Origin: Thainema sp.
Lineage (GTDB): Bacteria; Cyanobacteriota; Cyanobacteriia; Phormidesmidales; Phormidesmidaceae
Length of the DNA stretch: 17,752 nucleotides
NCBI GenBank assembly: GCA_052168235.1
Contig: JBQLZK010000100.1
Span: 1-17,752 of the forward strand
Direction: 5' to 3'
In this document: positions 17,525 to 17,752 of the stretch, in pieces
Layout of the letters: the number at the start of each line of letters is the position of its first letter
Position numbering within the stretch: position 1 is the stretch's first letter
The notes under the pieces: model-generated
Told to the model about the DNA's origin: nothing
The model's input: only the letters and a program-made list of their open reading frames with translations
Database searches by the model: none
Program-made: the position numbers and the translations under genes

Positions 17525-17752
17525 GTAATTGCTCAACTGGGTTGACCGAAGCACGGCTTTAGCAGAAGATGATAAGCTTTTGCCATGACAGAACTGCCGC
17601 CACTTGATGGACTGAGGCCTGCCGAAAAGGATGCCCTGATAGAAGGGCTGTGGCAGGAACTGCAACGATTGCGGGCAGAAGTTGAACAACTGAAGCGAAA
17701 GCGGGTGAAGAAAACGTCGCGCAATTCGAGTTTGCCTCCCGCCAAGGGCTTC
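17525..17752 (+). mobile_element. Left end of an IS66-family insertion sequence (runs off the window)
   Basis: Begins GTAATTGCTCA (IS66 ends start GTAA), followed 60 bp later by a transposase-like N-terminus. Confidence 0.75.
17585..17752 (+). CDS. IS66-family transposase, N-terminal 56 aa (partial)
   Basis: MTELPPLDGLRPAEKDALIEGLWQELQRLRAEVEQLKRKRVKKTSRNSSLPPAKGF: coiled coil plus the SRNSSxPP motif. Not in the ORF track because it is open at the edge. Confidence 0.8.
   Translation, partial: MTELPPLDGLRPAEKDALIEGLWQELQRLRAEVEQLKRKRVKKTSRNSSLPPAKGF

Noticed and set aside
17099..17745. Minus-strand ORFs of 196 and 70 aa
   Set aside because: Antisense shadows of the 512-aa gene and the transposase.

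Overview
Cyanobacterial chromosomal DNA: at least 18 HIP1 GCGATCGC sites (about 1/kb) and a heptamer STRR-like run. Genes from left to right: small coiled-coil membrane protein (-), DUF4336 protein (-), two tandem MscS-family channels (+), coiled-coil single-TM protein (+), cobA (-), lactate permease plus alpha/beta hydrolase (+), a Cache-HAMP-PAS-GAF-PAS-GSDEF-EAL c-di-GMP protein (+) preceded by a perfect TTGGTCTAGACCAA palindrome, a small exported protein carrying half an SLH motif (+), a DUF697-SHOCT protein (+), a 5'-truncated TetR-type pseudogene (-), a PsbP/Mog1-like lipoprotein (-), a 512-aa protein with permuted papain-like (NlpC/P60) motifs (+), and the left end of an IS66-family element. 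The most notable signals are two. First, four roughly 100-bp hairpin-carrying MITE-like elements of two end types; two of them sit inside the TetR pseudogene, and removing each with one copy of its target duplication restores the reading frame exactly. Second, the greatly expanded permuted papain-like enzyme. Family assignments come from motif recognition only; no searches were run.
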